DNA of 64,000 bases from Caulobacteraceae bacterium (GTDB taxonomy: Bacteria > Pseudomonadota > Alphaproteobacteria > Caulobacterales > Caulobacteraceae). The stretch is taken from positions 486 to 64,485 of the forward strand of contig DATKMZ010000036.1 of assembly GCA_035541575.1 (NCBI GenBank), in the 5' to 3' direction. Both the position numbers and the translations under genes were made by a program. The notes beneath the pieces are model-generated. The model was not told the origin of the DNA. It ran no database searches and saw only the letters and a program-made list of their open reading frames with translations. Positions 35,281 through 44,537 of the stretch are shown here, piece by piece (within the stretch, counting starts at the first letter, position 1; each line of letters begins with the position of its first letter).

Positions 35281-36066
35281 TCAGCCTCGCGGCGCGCGCT
35301 TCTGGGCCAGGGCCGCGACGCTCGAGGTCCCGATCGGCCCGGCCTCGTCGTAGAGCCAGCATTCGGCGACGGCGACGCCCTGGCTCGACTGGTGGTTCCT
35401 CACCTCGAACCCGATCCATTCCGTGACCGGTGTGCGGGCGAGATACAGCGTGATGTCGCTGTTGATCCAGTTCAGCCCGGAGGAGCCCGAGTTGGCGAAC
35501 GGGCTGGCGAAGTCAGCGGCGAGCGCGACGCGCACGAAAGGCGTCGACGTCTCGCCCTCGACGATCTCGCGGAAGTCGCTCATCCAGAGCCGCTTGTCCG
35601 GCCCCGCCGTGCCGAAGCCGCCGCTGATCGGCCGCGTCTCCCACATGCCGCCCATCGACGAGCGCGGCTCTGCGGGTGGAGGAATGTCCGCGGGCTTAGG
35701 CGCGTCCCAGTTCGGCGGGCTCCAGACCTCGCCGTCCGGGTTCTCCGACTTGCGCAGGAACTGGCAGGTGGCCCTGGCCATGCTGACGCCGCCGACGATG
35801 TACTCGGCGTCGATCACCTTGATCCGGTGGCCGATGCGGATCGGCGTCACGGTCACCGCCGCCGCCGAGAGGTCGGGCAGCCGATACATGTCGATCGTGA
35901 ACCGGGCCGGCGTCAGCTCGGGTTCGCCATGTTGCTGCTCGATCTCGTGGGCGAGCAGGCCGGCGACCACCCGGCCGTGCAGGGACGTCGGGCTCCAGGG
36001 ACCTCGCGCGCTCTGGGTGGGCTGGTACGCGTCGCCGCTGCGACGGAAGAAGGGTTCGTGGCTCAT
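35281..36066 (-). CDS. Acyl-CoA thioesterase-like (double hotdog) protein
   Basis: ARGPWS..LHG..VAGLLA, ALAADF, INSDITLYL.R.P..EWIG. Confidence 0.85.
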   Translation of the reverse strand: MSHEPFFRRSGDAYQPTQSARGPWSPTSLHGRVVAGLLAHEIEQQHGEPELTPARFTIDMYRLPDLSAAAVTVTPIRIGHRIKVIDAEYIVGGVSMARATCQFLRKSENPDGEVWSPPNWDAPKPADIPPPAEPRSSMGGMWETRPISGGFGTAGPDKRLWMSDFREIVEGETSTPFVRVALAADFASPFANSGSSGLNWINSDITLYLARTPVTEWIGFEVRNHQSSQGVAVAECWLYDEAGPIGTSSVAALAQKRAPRG

Positions 36067-36126
36067 CGAGCGGAGCTATGGCGGATTCCCGGCCGCCGGG
36101 CGAGGCCGACGCAGCGGAAGTGGCGC

Positions 36127-37230
36127 TCAGCGACGCTGGTCGTTGGTGCGGTCGCGGTACATGCATTGGCCGAGCGTGCCGGCCGCGCCCCAGACCTGGT
36201 CGACGTAGGTCAGGATGCCGAGCGAGCGCGTCTCGGAGATCATCTCACTCTGCGGCGTATAGCGGACGTAGCCGCCGTAGGCGTGCGCCTTGTCGACGGT
36301 CGCGTGCAGCACGCGCTGGTCGGGCAGCACCAGCGTGTAGCCGTAGGCCTCGAACCCGCCGCGCGCGGAGTTGTTGAAGTTGTCGAACTGGCTCTGCGGC
36401 GTGTGCGCCTGGGCCTGCTCGCCGGTCGCGATCTGCCGCACCGAAAGCCGCGACTTGATCCCGCTCGCACCGTAGATCGACATCGGCCGCCTCGTGCGGG
36501 CGGAGGCCAGGAAGTTCCCGGCCATCGGGCCGCCGACGGGATCGGTGTCGCGAACCTTCGTCCCGCCGGAGACCGAGGCGTGCCGGCCGGGTGACGGCCG
36601 GCGGCTCGCCAGGATCTCGCCGTTCGAGTGCGACCAGCCCATCATCCAGTCGCGGCTGTGGCGCAGGTGCGCCTCGACCGCGTCGCGGTACTGGTTCGCC
36701 TCCTGGAACGCCGGGGTGAAGATGGTCGAGGCGAGCTGGATGGCCCAGCGGCCGTCGTTGTTGGTGACGGCGTATATCCCCTCGCAGGTTTCCAGCTTCT
36801 CGCCCCAGGGCGCGTGGCGGGTGAAGGAGAGGGCGAGCCCGACGTTGATCGGGTTGAACGTCATCAGCTCGAGGCCGGCCAGCATGTCGTAGCTTCCGGG
36901 CATCACCGATAGCCCGCCGTGGCCTTTCACGTCCTGCGCGCCGGAGAAGTCGAACTGGTGAGGCGGAGCGTCGAGGAAGGCGGCGCGAGTCTCGAAGACG
37001 CTGGCCTCGACGCCTTCGTAGATCGCGAACGGGAAGTGCAACGTGGCGGCGATGGCCTTGAGGTCGCGGCGCACGACGGCGGTGAAGAACGCCATCATTA
37101 CCTGCATCGCCGTCGGCGCCGACTCCTCGAAATAGGTCGGGAAGCGGCCGTCGAGCATGCCGCCGTCGCGCCAGCCAGCGGGCGGCTCGGCGGTCGTGAG
37201 GTCGTGAGGCTCGAGCACGTCGGTCATCAT
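36127..37230 (-). CDS. Hypothetical protein, possibly two NTF2/SnoaL-like domains
   Basis: 367-aa ORF, high GC3; LHFPFA.., FTRH..GEKL..GIYAVTNNDGRWAI and ATVDKAHAYGGYVRY resemble NTF2-like strands. Confidence 0.65.
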   Translation of the reverse strand: MMTDVLEPHDLTTAEPPAGWRDGGMLDGRFPTYFEESAPTAMQVMMAFFTAVVRRDLKAIAATLHFPFAIYEGVEASVFETRAAFLDAPPHQFDFSGAQDVKGHGGLSVMPGSYDMLAGLELMTFNPINVGLALSFTRHAPWGEKLETCEGIYAVTNNDGRWAIQLASTIFTPAFQEANQYRDAVEAHLRHSRDWMMGWSHSNGEILASRRPSPGRHASVSGGTKVRDTDPVGGPMAGNFLASARTRRPMSIYGASGIKSRLSVRQIATGEQAQAHTPQSQFDNFNNSARGGFEAYGYTLVLPDQRVLHATVDKAHAYGGYVRYTPQSEMISETRSLGILTYVDQVWGAAGTLGQCMYRDRTNDQRR

Positions 37231-37316
37231 TTCCTCCCAAATCCGCCGTCGCCGGCTTGACGAGGCGCGTCTCTATGGTCACCGCTGACCAAAATTCTAG
37301 CGCGAAGGAGGACGCC

Positions 37317-38126
37317 ATGGAATTCACCGACGTTCGCTCCGAGGATGGCGTCACGCGCCGCTCGTTCGAGCTTACCGTCGCCGGCGAGACCGTGCCGGCG
37401 GTGATCTGGGCGCCGGAGGGCGCGAAGGGACCCAGGCCGCTCGTGCTGATGGGCCACGGCGGCTCGCAGCACAAGAAGACGCCGGGCATCCGGGCGCGGG
37501 CGGCGCAGTACGCCAAGAAGCTCGGCTATGCGACGCTGGCGATCGACGCGCCCGGCCACGGCGACCGCATCAGCCGCGACGACGCGGCCGCGCTCGCCCG
37601 CGACGTCGGCGCGCGCGTCACCGGCCAAGCTCCGGCCGGCTGGACACCCGAGCGGCTGAAGCAGATGGCCGAGCGGTCGGCGCGAGCCGTCCCCGAGTGG
37701 AACGCCGCGCTCGAGGCGGCGCTTGGCTTCGACTTTGTGGGCCGTGACGGGCCGGTCGGCTACTGGGGCGTCTCGATGGGGACGGCGATCGGCGTGCCGT
37801 TCGTGGCGCAGCAACCGAGGATCACCGCGGCGGTGTTCGGCCTCGCCGGTCTTCGCCCCGACGCGGAGGCGATGGCGCAAGCCGCGAAGAGGATCACCAT
37901 CCCGGTCGAGTTCGTGTTCCAGTGGGACGACGCCGTCGCCGCCCGCGAGCACGGCATAGCGCTCTTCGACGCGTTCGGCTCGGCGGAGAAGACGATGCAC
38001 ATCAATCCCGGCGGCCACATGGGCATCCCGAACTTCGAGGGCGCGAGCTGGGAGCGCTTCTTCGTGCGGCATCTCGGGACCGCCGCAGAGCCAGCGCTGG
38101 AGCGGGTGACGGTCGCCGCCGAATAA
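37317..38126 (+). CDS. Alpha/beta hydrolase (dienelactone hydrolase-like)
   Basis: SD aaggagg; LMGHGGS, WGVSMG nucleophile elbow, QWDD, NPGGH. Confidence 0.85.
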   Translation: MEFTDVRSEDGVTRRSFELTVAGETVPAVIWAPEGAKGPRPLVLMGHGGSQHKKTPGIRARAAQYAKKLGYATLAIDAPGHGDRISRDDAAALARDVGARVTGQAPAGWTPERLKQMAERSARAVPEWNAALEAALGFDFVGRDGPVGYWGVSMGTAIGVPFVAQQPRITAAVFGLAGLRPDAEAMAQAAKRITIPVEFVFQWDDAVAAREHGIALFDAFGSAEKTMHINPGGHMGIPNFEGASWERFFVRHLGTAAEPALERVTVAAE

Positions 38127-38140
38127 ATCTTCGGCGCGGC

Positions 38141-38167
38141 TGTCGATCCGGGCTTAGCTCGTCCGAC
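38141..38167 (+). promoter_or_regulatory. Putative ECF42 promoter TGTCGA-N17-CGAC
   Basis: tgtcga tccgggcttagctcgtc cgac, 50 nt upstream of the DGPF gene. Matches the TGTCGA / CG(A/T)C motif reported for ECF42. Confidence 0.65.
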
Positions 38168-38217
38168 TGGGGATTGCGGCGAGATGGTGCGCCGCGAAGC
38201 CGAAACGGAGCGAACCC

Positions 38218-38559
38218 ATGCAGTACATGCTGCTGATCTACAGCGCCGAGAGCGACGACCAGAGTCAGAACCAAGCTCAGCTGATGGCCGACTACGGCGC
38301 CTTTACGCAGAGCATTATCCAGACCGGCGCCTTCAAGTCGGCCGATCGGCTGAAGCCTGTCTCGACCGCCACCACGGTGCGGGTGCGCGACGGCAAGACG
38401 CTGACCACCGATGGCCCGTTCGCCGAGACCCGCGAGCAGCTGGGCGGCTACTACCTGGTGGAGGCGAAAGACCTCGACGAGGCGACAGCCATCGCCGCCA
38501 GGATTCCGACCGCCAAGCACGGCTCGATCGAGGTGCGGCCGGTCTGGGCGATGGGATAA
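38218..38559 (+). CDS. YciI/DGPF domain protein
   Basis: TDGPFAETREQLGGYYLV..GSIEVRPV. Confidence 0.93.
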   Translation: MQYMLLIYSAESDDQSQNQAQLMADYGAFTQSIIQTGAFKSADRLKPVSTATTVRVRDGKTLTTDGPFAETREQLGGYYLVEAKDLDEATAIAARIPTAKHGSIEVRPVWAMG

Positions 38560-38565
38560 CGGCGT

Positions 38566-38684
38566 GCTTGGTTCGAGACGCGGCCCTCGGGCCGCTCCTC
38601 ACCATGAACGGGGTATGGGGCGTGGCCAGGCACAGCTCTCGTCATCCTGAGGCGCCCGCGCGAGCGGGCGTCTCGAAGGACGCA
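38566..38684. repeat. Palindromic repeat, family A copy 4, overlapping the 5' end of the ECF42 gene
   Basis: gcttggttcgagacgc..gctcctcaccatga..cgtcatcctgaggcgc..gcgtctcgaaggacgca. Confidence 0.88.
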
Positions 38685-39911
38685 CGGACCGTCGACGAGG
38701 CCTTCCGCCGTCACGGGACGGAGGCGCTCGCCACGCTGATCCGGCTGGTGGGCGACTTCGACCTGGCGGAGGAGGGGCTGCAGGAGGCTTTCGCCGCCGC
38801 CGCGGTGGCCTGGCGCGACGCGCCGCCCGCCAACCCGCGCGCCTGGCTGATCACGGTCGGCCGCCGCCGCGCGCTCGACCAGCTTCGTCGTCGGATCGCT
38901 TTTCGCGCCCGCCAGGACCAGCTGGAAGCCGAGGCCGAGATCGAGCATCAGGCCGCGCCCGAGGACGTTGACGAAGCCGCGGCCGCCTTCGGCGACGACG
39001 ACTTGCTTCGCCTCGTCTTCACCTGCTGTCACCCGGCGCTGAGCCTGGAGGCGCAGGTGGCGCTGACGCTGCGCACGGTCTGCTCGCTCTCGACCGCCCA
39101 GGTCGCCCGCGCCTTCCTCGTCAGCGAAGAGACGATGGCCCAGCGGCTGGTGCGCGCGAAGGCTAAGATCCGAGCCGCAGGGATTCCCTACCGCACCCCG
39201 CCGCGCGAGCTGCTCGACGAGCGGATTCAGGGCGTCCTCGCGGTGATCTACCTCGTGTTCACCGAGGCCTATGCGGGCGATCCGCGTCAGAGCCTGGCGG
39301 CCGAAGCGATCGGTCTCGCGCGCCGGCTGGCCGCGCTTCTGCCCGGCCGCGGCGCCGTCCAGGGGCTGCTCGCGCTCATGCTGCTGCACGAGGCCCGCCG
39401 CCCGGCGCGCTGGAACGCCGCCGGCGATCTGGTGCTGCTCGAGGACCAGGACCGCGCGCTCTGGGACGCCGGCATGATCGCCGAGGGCCTGGCGCTGGTC
39501 GAGCCCGCGTTGAAGGCGCAGACCCCGCCGTCGCCTTACGCCGTGCAGGCCGCAATCGCCGCGCTGCACGGCCAGGCGCGGACCGCCGCCGAGACCGACT
39601 GGCGCCAGATCGTCAGCCTCTACGCCGTGCTGATGCGCCTTTCGCCCTCGCCGGTGATCGAGCTGAACCACGCCGCGGCGCTGGCCATGGTCGATGGACC
39701 GGCCGCCGGCCTCCGGATGGTCGAGGCGCTGACGGCGCGGGGATCGCTCGCCGGCTACGATGCGCTTCCAGCCACCCGGGCCGATCTGCTCAGGCGTCTG
39801 GGCCGGGCTGGCGACGCGCGGACCGCTTACGAAGAGGCGCTGCGGCTCGCCCGGCACGATCCGGAGCGAAGGTTCTTCCGCCGCCGCCTCGCAGAGCTCG
39901 AGGCTCGTTGA
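38604..39911 (+). CDS. ECF42-type sigma factor with C-terminal TPR/DUF6596 extension
   Basis: LATLIRLVGDFDLAEE, LRLVFTCCHPAL, MAQRLVRAKAKI, LEDQDRALWD, YAVQAAIAALH; downstream of a DGPF gene. The start (ATG 38604 or GTG 38622) lies within the repeat. Confidence 0.88.
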   Translation: MNGVWGVARHSSRHPEAPARAGVSKDARTVDEAFRRHGTEALATLIRLVGDFDLAEEGLQEAFAAAAVAWRDAPPANPRAWLITVGRRRALDQLRRRIAFRARQDQLEAEAEIEHQAAPEDVDEAAAAFGDDDLLRLVFTCCHPALSLEAQVALTLRTVCSLSTAQVARAFLVSEETMAQRLVRAKAKIRAAGIPYRTPPRELLDERIQGVLAVIYLVFTEAYAGDPRQSLAAEAIGLARRLAALLPGRGAVQGLLALMLLHEARRPARWNAAGDLVLLEDQDRALWDAGMIAEGLALVEPALKAQTPPSPYAVQAAIAALHGQARTAAETDWRQIVSLYAVLMRLSPSPVIELNHAAALAMVDGPAAGLRMVEALTARGSLAGYDALPATRADLLRRLGRAGDARTAYEEALRLARHDPERRFFRRRLAELEAR

Positions 39912-40031
39912 GACTAGCCGAAGGTTTCAGCGTCGCAGCACGCCTGTCATCGTTCGGCGCCATTCCACGCGAAGGAAACCGCGCTGCCGGCGCGTTATAG
40001 GGACGCCGGTTCTGGTCGGAGATGAGGGTCC

Positions 40032-40313
40032 ATGTCGTCGTACAAGCGTCTCGTCGCGGCGGTCGCCGCCTTTCTCACCCTTGCCGCCGCGGTTGTGGCG
40101 ACAGCGCAGCCGCAGGGCGGCGGGCGGGTTCGCCAAGCTTGCCAGGCCGACCTTCAGAAGGTTTGCCCTGACGCGAAGCCGGGACCCGGCGGCAGCCTGC
40201 GCCAATGCGTCCGCGACCACTTTGGCGCGCTTTCGGCCCCCTGCCAGGACGCTATCCGCGCGCGGATGCAGCAGCGCCAGGGCGGCGCCGGCGCGGGTGC
40301 TGCGTCGGCCTGA
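40032..40313 (+). CDS. Small secreted four-cysteine repeat protein
   Basis: Signal peptide; ACQADLQKVCPDAKPG..QCVRDHFGALSAPC. Confidence 0.8.
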   Translation: MSSYKRLVAAVAAFLTLAAAVVATAQPQGGGRVRQACQADLQKVCPDAKPGPGGSLRQCVRDHFGALSAPCQDAIRARMQQRQGGAGAGAASA

Positions 40314-40419
40314 GACGGGAGCACATGGTCCTCGGCCGACCGCGACTCCGTTTTGTTGTGACGCATTTTCGGCCTATGGCGCTTGCCACGGCGCAACTGT
40401 CCTTGCGGAGACCCTTGGC

Positions 40420-40695
40420 ATGACCTTCCTGCGCTTCGCCGCTGCCGCCGCCGCTCTCGCCTTTTGCGCCGGCGCGGCTTCGGCGGCATCGATCACTGCC
40501 GCCGAAGTGCGGGAGATCTGCAAGGCGGACTTCGACAAGGCCTGTCCCGACGCTCAGCCCGGCCACGGCGCGCTCGGCAAGTGCGCGCGCAAGCACTACC
40601 GCGAGTTCGACAAGCCGTGCCAGAAGGCGCTCAGATCCTACCATGGCGGCCAGCTGGATCAGGGCGCGCCGAGCGCCGCGACCAACGCCACCTAG
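40420..40695 (+). CDS. Small secreted four-cysteine repeat protein (paralog)
   Basis: Signal peptide; ICKADFDKACPDAQPG..KCARKHYREFDKPC. Confidence 0.8.
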   Translation: MTFLRFAAAAAALAFCAGAASAASITAAEVREICKADFDKACPDAQPGHGALGKCARKHYREFDKPCQKALRSYHGGQLDQGAPSAATNAT

Positions 40696-41090
40696 CGAAG
40701 CGTCTCTCGGAAGAACCGCACGACGTCGGCGTCGATGCTCTCGACCGTCGTCGGCTATCGGATGCTGGAGAAGGTGGATCGATTCAGGCCGCACATGATC
40801 GAGCCGCTGTCCCAAAACGACCTCGAGGATCTCGTTATCGAGGCAGCGATCGGCGCGCCGCCGACACCTTGAAGCTTGAGTTTGGGCCGCCCCCTGCGAT
40901 GGTGCGTCGCGGGACTTCGACTTGCCGCGCAGCCACATTCCTGCCACAAAGCCCGCCTCTAAGCTCAATCGCCGGTCGTCGTGTACCGACTGGCCCGCGT
41001 CACCGGACCGATCCTTGCAGGGTGCAAGGCGCTCCGTCGGCGAGATGGCGGAGGGCGCACTGGCCCTCGTAACAAGGGACACGAAACCGT

Positions 41091-41975
41091 TTGTCTTTGT
41101 TTGTGAAAGCGCGCCGGCCGGCGCGCGCGCTCGCGGTTGCGGGCCTGGTTGGCCTCGCAGCGAGCGTGGGCGTTGGCGCGACCTATCTGGCCGGTGGCCC
41201 GACCGCCGATGTCACGCAGAAACCTGTTGTGATTCCGATCGCTGCGGCGACCAGGGCGACTCTCGCCTATGCTGCGGCGCAACATCCGAGCCTCCCGCAG
41301 CTGCGTGGGCCGCTCTCGGTTCCGACCCAGGCCGACCCGGCGCTGCTGCAGGCCGCGGCGTTCCAGGCGTCCGCGCCGTTCCGCCTCGCCAACCCTGACG
41401 CGGCCGCGCACGACCTCGATTGCCTGACCGCCGCTGTCTACTACGAGGCCCGCGGCGAAAGCCGTGAGGGCCAGGCGGCGGTTGCGCAGGTGGTGCTGAA
41501 CCGCGTGCGCAGCCCCTCGTTCCCCAAGACTGTCTGCGGCGTTGTCTACCAGGGCGCGGCGAGCCACGCCTGCCAGTTCAGCTTCGCCTGCGACGGCCAG
41601 ACCGGCGAGCGGCACGAGGCCGACGCCTGGGAACGCGCGCGCGCGGTGGCCTCTCGCGCTCTCGGCGGCTACGTGATGGGCGCCGTCGGCAGCGCGACCC
41701 ACTTCCACGTCGCATCGCTCGGCGGGATCTGGGGGGCCGGGATGGTGCGCATCGCCCAGGTCGGTCAGCACGTGTTCTACGGCTTCAGCGGCCATCGCGG
41801 CGCGATCGCCCGGGACGAAGTGGCCCGCAATTCCGCGGCCGACGCCGTCCAGGCTGCGAGCGCTCTGGTCGCGCCGGCGGCGCCGGCGCCGGTCGAAGGC
41901 AAGACGGACGAGGCGCCGACAGCCGTGGCTGCGGTCCAGGCGGCGACGCCGGTCAGCGTGGCGACCGCATCCTGA
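41091..41975 (+). CDS. SleB-like cell wall hydrolase (Hydrolase_2)
   Basis: CLTAAVYYEARGE..GQAAVAQVVLNRV..FPKTVCGVVYQG..CQFSF.CDG. Confidence 0.92.
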   Translation: MSLFVKARRPARALAVAGLVGLAASVGVGATYLAGGPTADVTQKPVVIPIAAATRATLAYAAAQHPSLPQLRGPLSVPTQADPALLQAAAFQASAPFRLANPDAAAHDLDCLTAAVYYEARGESREGQAAVAQVVLNRVRSPSFPKTVCGVVYQGAASHACQFSFACDGQTGERHEADAWERARAVASRALGGYVMGAVGSATHFHVASLGGIWGAGMVRIAQVGQHVFYGFSGHRGAIARDEVARNSAADAVQAASALVAPAAPAPVEGKTDEAPTAVAAVQAATPVSVATAS

Positions 41976-42049
41976 CGCGCGAGGCCGGTTGCCAGTCCGG
42001 CGTGGCGCGACATGATGGCTGACGGCATCGAGTCGTCAGGGGAGCGTCC

Positions 42050-42631
42050 ATGTCGCTAGTCGCGGAACGTCAGCTGTCCGAGAGCTTGCTCGGCAAGCCG
42101 TACGAAGAGCTGACGCCGATCCAGAAGAGCGTCATCGATCTCGTCGCCAGCGAGAACCCGTCGAAGGAGCACCCGGCGCTCGCCGTCGACGAGCGCACGT
42201 TCTGGGAACGTCTGGCCGATCACGTCGCGGCGATCGGCGGCTCGTGGGGCTTCATCTTCGGCTTCTTCGTCGTGCTGGCCGGATGGGTGCTGATCAACAG
42301 CAGCATCGCCCTGAAGAACCCTTTCGATCCCTACCCCTACATATTCCTGAACCTGATGCTCTCCATGCTGGCGGCGATCCAGGCGCCGGTGATCATGATG
42401 AGTCAGAACCGCGCGGCGGCGAAGGACCGCGAGGCGGCAGAGCACGACTATATCGTCAACCTCAGGAGCGAGCTCGAGTTGATGCATCTGCACGACAAGC
42501 TGGACGCGGTGCGAGAGCGCGAGCTGGAGGTGCTGATCCGCGGCCAAAGCGAGACGATCGACCTCCTCAAACAGCAGGTGGCCAGTCTCGAAGTGGCCTT
42601 CAAGCAGCACGAAGCCGCCGAGGAAAGCTGA
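42050..42631 (+). CDS. DUF1003 membrane protein
   Basis: GSWGFI, FDPYPYIFLNLMLS.LAAIQAPVIMMSQNR. Confidence 0.92.
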   Translation: MSLVAERQLSESLLGKPYEELTPIQKSVIDLVASENPSKEHPALAVDERTFWERLADHVAAIGGSWGFIFGFFVVLAGWVLINSSIALKNPFDPYPYIFLNLMLSMLAAIQAPVIMMSQNRAAAKDREAAEHDYIVNLRSELELMHLHDKLDAVRERELEVLIRGQSETIDLLKQQVASLEVAFKQHEAAEES

Positions 42632-42703
42632 CCGGTCCTCCGCCTCGGCTTCACTAGTTGAACAGTCGCTCAAGCGTCCCCACCTGGGGCGCCGGAGTGA
42701 TGA

Positions 42704-43675
42704 ATGTTCGATTCTGATCTGAGTTCCCCCGCCGTCCCGCGGCCCACCGAAACCCAAGCCCTCGACGCCTATTCCCAGGTCGTCACCGCCGCGGTCGAAC
42801 GTGTCGGCCCCGCTGTTGTCCGCGTCCATCCCCGCGCGAAGGGCCGTTCAGGCGTCGGCTCCGGCGTCGTCGTCTCCCCGGATGGCCTCATCCTCACCAA
42901 CAGCCACGTCGCGCAGAAGACCGCCGCGCACGACATCGTGACGCCGGAAGGGCGCACGCTGACCGCGCGCCTGCTCGGCGACGATCCCGACACCGACCTC
43001 GCCCTGCTGCGCGTCGACGATGCCGTGACAATGCCGGCGGCCAGGCTCGGCGACAGTCAGGCTCTGACCCGCGGCCGGCTGGTCGTCGCCATCGGCAACC
43101 CGCTCGGCTTCGAAGCGACCGTAACCGCTGGCGTCGTCTCCGCGCTCGGCCGCTCTCTGCGCGGCCAGGGCGGGCGGCTGATCGAGGACCTTATCCAGAC
43201 CGACGCCGCGCTCAATCCTGGCAACTCCGGCGGCGCCCTCGTCTCGTCTGCCGGCGAGGTGGTCGGGATCAACACCGCCGTGATCGCCGGCGCGCAGGGC
43301 ATCTGCTTCGCCGTCGCCAGCAACACCGCCGCCTTCGTGCTGGGCGAGCTGCTGGCGCACGGCCGTGTGCGCCGCGGCTGGATCGGCGTTGCGGTCCAGC
43401 GTGCGGCGATCCCGCGCCGCCATGCGGTCGCCGCCGGGATCGCGCAGGATTCCGGCGTGCTGATCACCTCTATCGACGCCGGCTCGCCGGCGGCGCAGGG
43501 CGGCCTCGTCGAGGGCGATGTCGTGATCGCGGCCGGCGAGCGGCGGACGACCGGCGCGGACGACCTGATCCGTGCGCTCGACTGGCGCAGCCTCGAAGCG
43601 CCGCTCCCGTTGACGGTGCTGCGCCGTGGACGCCTGGAGCATGTGACGGTCACCCCGAGGCTGCGGACGAGCTAG
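42704..43675 (+). CDS. S1C (HtrA-like) serine protease with PDZ domain
   Basis: ILTNSHV, DTDLALL, IQTDAALNPGNSGG. No obvious signal peptide. Confidence 0.92.
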   Translation: MFDSDLSSPAVPRPTETQALDAYSQVVTAAVERVGPAVVRVHPRAKGRSGVGSGVVVSPDGLILTNSHVAQKTAAHDIVTPEGRTLTARLLGDDPDTDLALLRVDDAVTMPAARLGDSQALTRGRLVVAIGNPLGFEATVTAGVVSALGRSLRGQGGRLIEDLIQTDAALNPGNSGGALVSSAGEVVGINTAVIAGAQGICFAVASNTAAFVLGELLAHGRVRRGWIGVAVQRAAIPRRHAVAAGIAQDSGVLITSIDAGSPAAQGGLVEGDVVIAAGERRTTGADDLIRALDWRSLEAPLPLTVLRRGRLEHVTVTPRLRTS

Positions 43676-43689
43676 CCTCGGCGGAGGGT

Positions 43690-44535
43690 TCAGACGGAGT
43701 CCAGTCCGATGTCGAGCACCGGCGCCGAGTGGGTGAGGGCGCCGACGCTGATCACGTCGACGCCGGTCTCGGCGATCGCGCGCACCGTCTCCAGCGAGAC
43801 GCCGCCCGAGGCTTCGAGCACCACCTTGCCTTCGGCCCGGGCGACCGCCGCGCGCAGGTCCGCCAAGCTGAAATTGTCGAGCATGACCACGTCCGGTGCT
43901 TCGGCCAGCGCCTCGTCGAGCTGCGCCAGGCTGTCGACCTCGGCCTCGACCTTGACGAGGTGGCCGGCGAAGGCCCGCGCGCGGCGGATCGCGGCCCCGA
44001 CGCCCCCCGCCGCGGCGACGTGGTTGTCCTTGATCAGGATCGCGTCGTCGAGGCCGAAGCGATGGTTGACGCCGCCGCCGCAGCGCACGGCGTATTTCTC
44101 GAGCGCGCGGAGCCCAGGGGTGGTCTTCCGAGTGTCGGTGATCACGGCGCCCGTGCCGGCCACAGCGTCGACGTAGGCGCGGGTCAGCGTCGCGACGCCG
44201 CTCAGGCGCCCCAGCAAGTTCAGCGCGGTCCGCTCGGCCGAGAGCAGCGCGCGGGCGTTGGCGTTCACCTCGGCGATTGCGGTCCCGGGCTGAAGCGTCT
44301 CGCCATCGTCGACCTGGGTCTCGAACCGGGCGGCCGGGTCCAGCGCCAGCACCGCTAGCCGCGCACACGCGAGGCCGGCGACAACGCCCGCCTTGCGGTT
44401 GGCGAACCGGGCCGAGAGTCTGGCTTCGGCGTCGATGCAGGCGGCCGAGGTGATGTCGCCGGCGCGGCCGAGGTCCTCCGCCAGCGCCGCGCGCACGATT
44501 GGCTCGACGATCAGATCGGGCAGGGGCTCGAGCAT
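43690..44535 (-). CDS. nadC: Nicotinate-nucleotide pyrophosphorylase (carboxylating)
   Basis: [51 protein letters not shown]. Confidence 0.96.
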   Translation of the reverse strand: MLEPLPDLIVEPIVRAALAEDLGRAGDITSAACIDAEARLSARFANRKAGVVAGLACARLAVLALDPAARFETQVDDGETLQPGTAIAEVNANARALLSAERTALNLLGRLSGVATLTRAYVDAVAGTGAVITDTRKTTPGLRALEKYAVRCGGGVNHRFGLDDAILIKDNHVAAAGGVGAAIRRARAFAGHLVKVEAEVDSLAQLDEALAEAPDVVMLDNFSLADLRAAVARAEGKVVLEASGGVSLETVRAIAETGVDVISVGALTHSAPVLDIGLDSV

Positions 44536-44537
44536 GA

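Noticed and set aside
38184-38603. ORF-track N-terminal extension of the ECF42 sigma
   Set aside because: Overlaps the DGPF gene in another frame and has no protein-like character.
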